Part shown: piece by piece, positions 61,900 through 64,000 of the stretch
How positions within the stretch are numbered: position 1 is the first letter of the stretch
Layout: the number at the start of each line of letters is the position of its first letter
DNA from: Pavona decussata
Lineage: Eukaryota
Length of the DNA: 64,000 nt
Assembly (NCBI GenBank): GCA_977016875.1
Contig: CDRNST010000218.1
Span: 1,178,001-1,242,000 of the forward strand
Direction of reading: 5' to 3'
Position numbers and translations under genes: made by a program
The notes under the pieces: generated by a model
What the model was told of the DNA's origin: nothing
The model's input: only the letters and a program-made list of their open reading frames with translations
Database searches by the model: none

Positions 61900-63050
61900 G
61901 ACCCAATATTATTGGTTCAAAATTTGACAGAAAACCAGTGAAAAACGTTTGGTATCGTTCACATGTGACGAGAATCATTTGAAGTGAAAAGTTCTCGAAA
62001 AAGCTAAACAGCAAGCTTAGGATTCTCTTCAAAAGTTCAAATACTTCACTTATGTGGATTGAATTGAACATGCCACCCAGCATCACCGCGGTGTTGGAGG
62101 ATGTTGATCAGTGTGATTTTACAACTGTGGATGACATTTCTCTTGTTGTAGAGAAAAAACGGACTGGAATTGCTGGGAAGACATCTGCTACATCTGTGTT
62201 GTCTGAATGGATCCTGTTAGAGCAGATGACAGAACATCAATGCACTTTCTGGGCTGAGTTGATGATGGCCGGGAATTGTAATGTTGGAGACTGTTTGGGT
62301 TTCTGTGGCCTTAAATGTGGCAAATGTGCGGATCTCCCAAGCGGCTTCTAACGTAAAGGTTATCGCTGTTACCCGAACACAATGATTTGTGAATGATGTA
62401 TTATTCAAGAAAGTGACACAGGCATACTCGGAAAAAAGAAATCCGAGTGCTACTATCAGGAGTCGAACCTAAGACCTGAAGAACGGATTTATGTTGACGG
62501 TGGACAGCACTGCTTTTTCGCTGATCTCTTTCATCATACTGCCCAGAGTGTTAACACTGACCGGGCGATTTTCGTACCAGAGGGTTTGCACAGCGCCGTT
62601 TTCTTCAGTCCAGTCGCGTCGAGGAGGCTGTAAGAGAGCTTTTCACTTTGCATTCAACTTAGACAGATACAACCTCGGAGCTCGATAACCATCGGTATCG
62701 CTGTTGGTCTCGTACTTGCTAGCTGTTTTCTAGAAGGTTGCCGTGTTGGGAAGCCCACCGGGATGATTCCTGGGCGACTCGTTGTGGGTCATGGTGATAT
62801 AAGGCTTCCCTTCTTCATCCACGGCAAACTGAAAACTTGATGGTTTCAAGTTCTGCTGCCCTTCTCTTCCTCCTCGGCACCAGTCGAGAACTGCATGGAA
62901 CCAAACATTCCTCAGCAAAGACCATGGATTTGTCATGCGCAAAACTAGGCCTTCCTTTAATTTCTTTAAATTGGCAACAGGAATGGCTTCTTTGTGCTGC
63001 TCCTTGCCTTGCTCCTCGAGATTCTTAATTTTGGCATTTAGCATGCGGTT
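61900..63050 (-). pseudogene. Crypton-like (DUF3504) tyrosine recombinase fragment
   Basis: LLRNVWF...RGGREG, NHPGG, YLSKLN, WY...VNTLGSMMKEIS and FTNHCVR.TAIT. Confidence 0.75.
62400..62478 (-). mobile_element. 5'-truncated tRNA-derived SINE fragment
   Basis: B-box GGTTCGACTCC followed by ...CTCGGATTTCTTTTTTCCGAG; it interrupts the Crypton frame. Confidence 0.55.
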
Positions 63051-63129
63051 GTAATTATTAAATACAGCGGAACTTATCTTTACACTTCTGTTATAAGGTT
63101 ACCAGTTTATCTTGGACCAAAGAAGTGTT

Positions 63130-63935
63130 GTCAGAGGAATGGAAGCACTATGCATACTGCTGAAGAGGCTGACATACCTGCGTACAACAACCTTAATCGG
63201 TACTGTGCCAAGCTACAAACTGTGTTGTGGACTTCGTTTACGCCCCCCATCATTGACGAATAGCCAATTGGAATCTGGCTGTATTGAATCCACCTGCCCT
63301 GCAAACTTATGCTGACAGTATACATCAACATGGAGTACCTCTTAATAACTGTTTTGGACTTATTGACAGGACAGTGCGCCCCATAGCCAGACCAGGAACA
63401 AATCAACGAATCCTATATAACAGGCACAAGACAGTACATAGCTTAAAATTCCAGGCTGTAGCCAGCCCAAATGGTCTTATTGCCTATTTATATGGTCCAG
63501 TTGGTAAGAATCTGATTTACTCTCTCGTTAAAATGTCAAACATAAATGTCTGTCACTGGATAAAATGGCTAGGAATCTCATACACTGAAACGTGGCCAAT
63601 ACCAAGGTTCCAGAGGCCCATTAAAAAAAATATAATGAAAAAAGAACCGCTGGCACCCAGGGTGTGTGTCCAATGGAATGTCTCGTGTATAATATAAAGT
63701 AGAATTATGTAAAAAAATATATCAGAAATGATAAGCCTGAAACAAACAAAAAAAAAAAACGAATTAAATTATTTCACTCAGGGAGGTTTACTGTGCTAGG
63801 CAATGTCATTCCCAATCCCTTTAGCGATAGAATTTCCCAATCAGACTGCTTGAAGGCCTTGAACATGTAGAGGGTACCTACCTTTTTTTTCCTTTTTCAG
63901 AAGGAAGAAAACATGATGCGGGGATGCCGAGAGAA
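63130..63935 (+). pseudogene. Intron-containing Harbinger (HARBI1-like) transposase fragment
   Basis: GMEALCILLKRL, CFGLID.TVRPI.RP, QRILYN.HK..HSLKFQ, PNGLIA.LYGPV|gt...ag|EGRKHDAGM. Confidence 0.8.
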
Positions 63936-64000
63936 TGAGGATTGCTTCCCAAGTTGCAACATCATGCAATATCCCCTGCAGGCCAACCACTCTGTGTGTA

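Noticed and set aside
62400-62478. tRNA gene
   Set aside because: Only a B-box/T-arm is present with no cloverleaf; a SINE fragment fits better.

Overview
AT-rich eukaryotic DNA with spliceosomal introns. It is probably from a cnidarian (stony coral), inferred from the repeat and transposon repertoire and not provable here. I found no ordinary host gene: almost the whole window is decayed, nested transposable elements, and many can be delimited by terminal inverted repeats (TIRs) and target-site duplications (TSDs). Left part: an intron-containing DIRS/Ngaro-type retroelement, an L1/Tx1 LINE, a Crypton-like relic, an Academ-like fragment and a 162-N gap. Centre: a six-level nest of EnSpm/CACTA > MULE (16934-44879, 10-bp TSD) > CAC...GTG element with a RAG1/Transib/Chapaev-like transposase and a convergent unknown gene (21826-43068) > Harbinger > IS3EU with an intact integrase-type transposase and a CUE+HECT E3-ligase-like gene > MITE. 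The CAC element also holds a two-gene DD37E IS630/Tc1 element and a structurally complete DIRS1. Right part: a long-TIR Kolobok with a DEDDh exonuclease fusion, containing a LINE, a Sola-like insert and a piggyBac-like insert, followed by Harbinger, LINE, Crypton and SINE fragments. The best candidates for new biology are the two-gene RAG1-like element, the HECT-carrying IS3EU, the spliced gag-pol retroelement and the SAM-domain-carrying DD37E element. All protein family calls come from motif recognition by eye; no searches were run.
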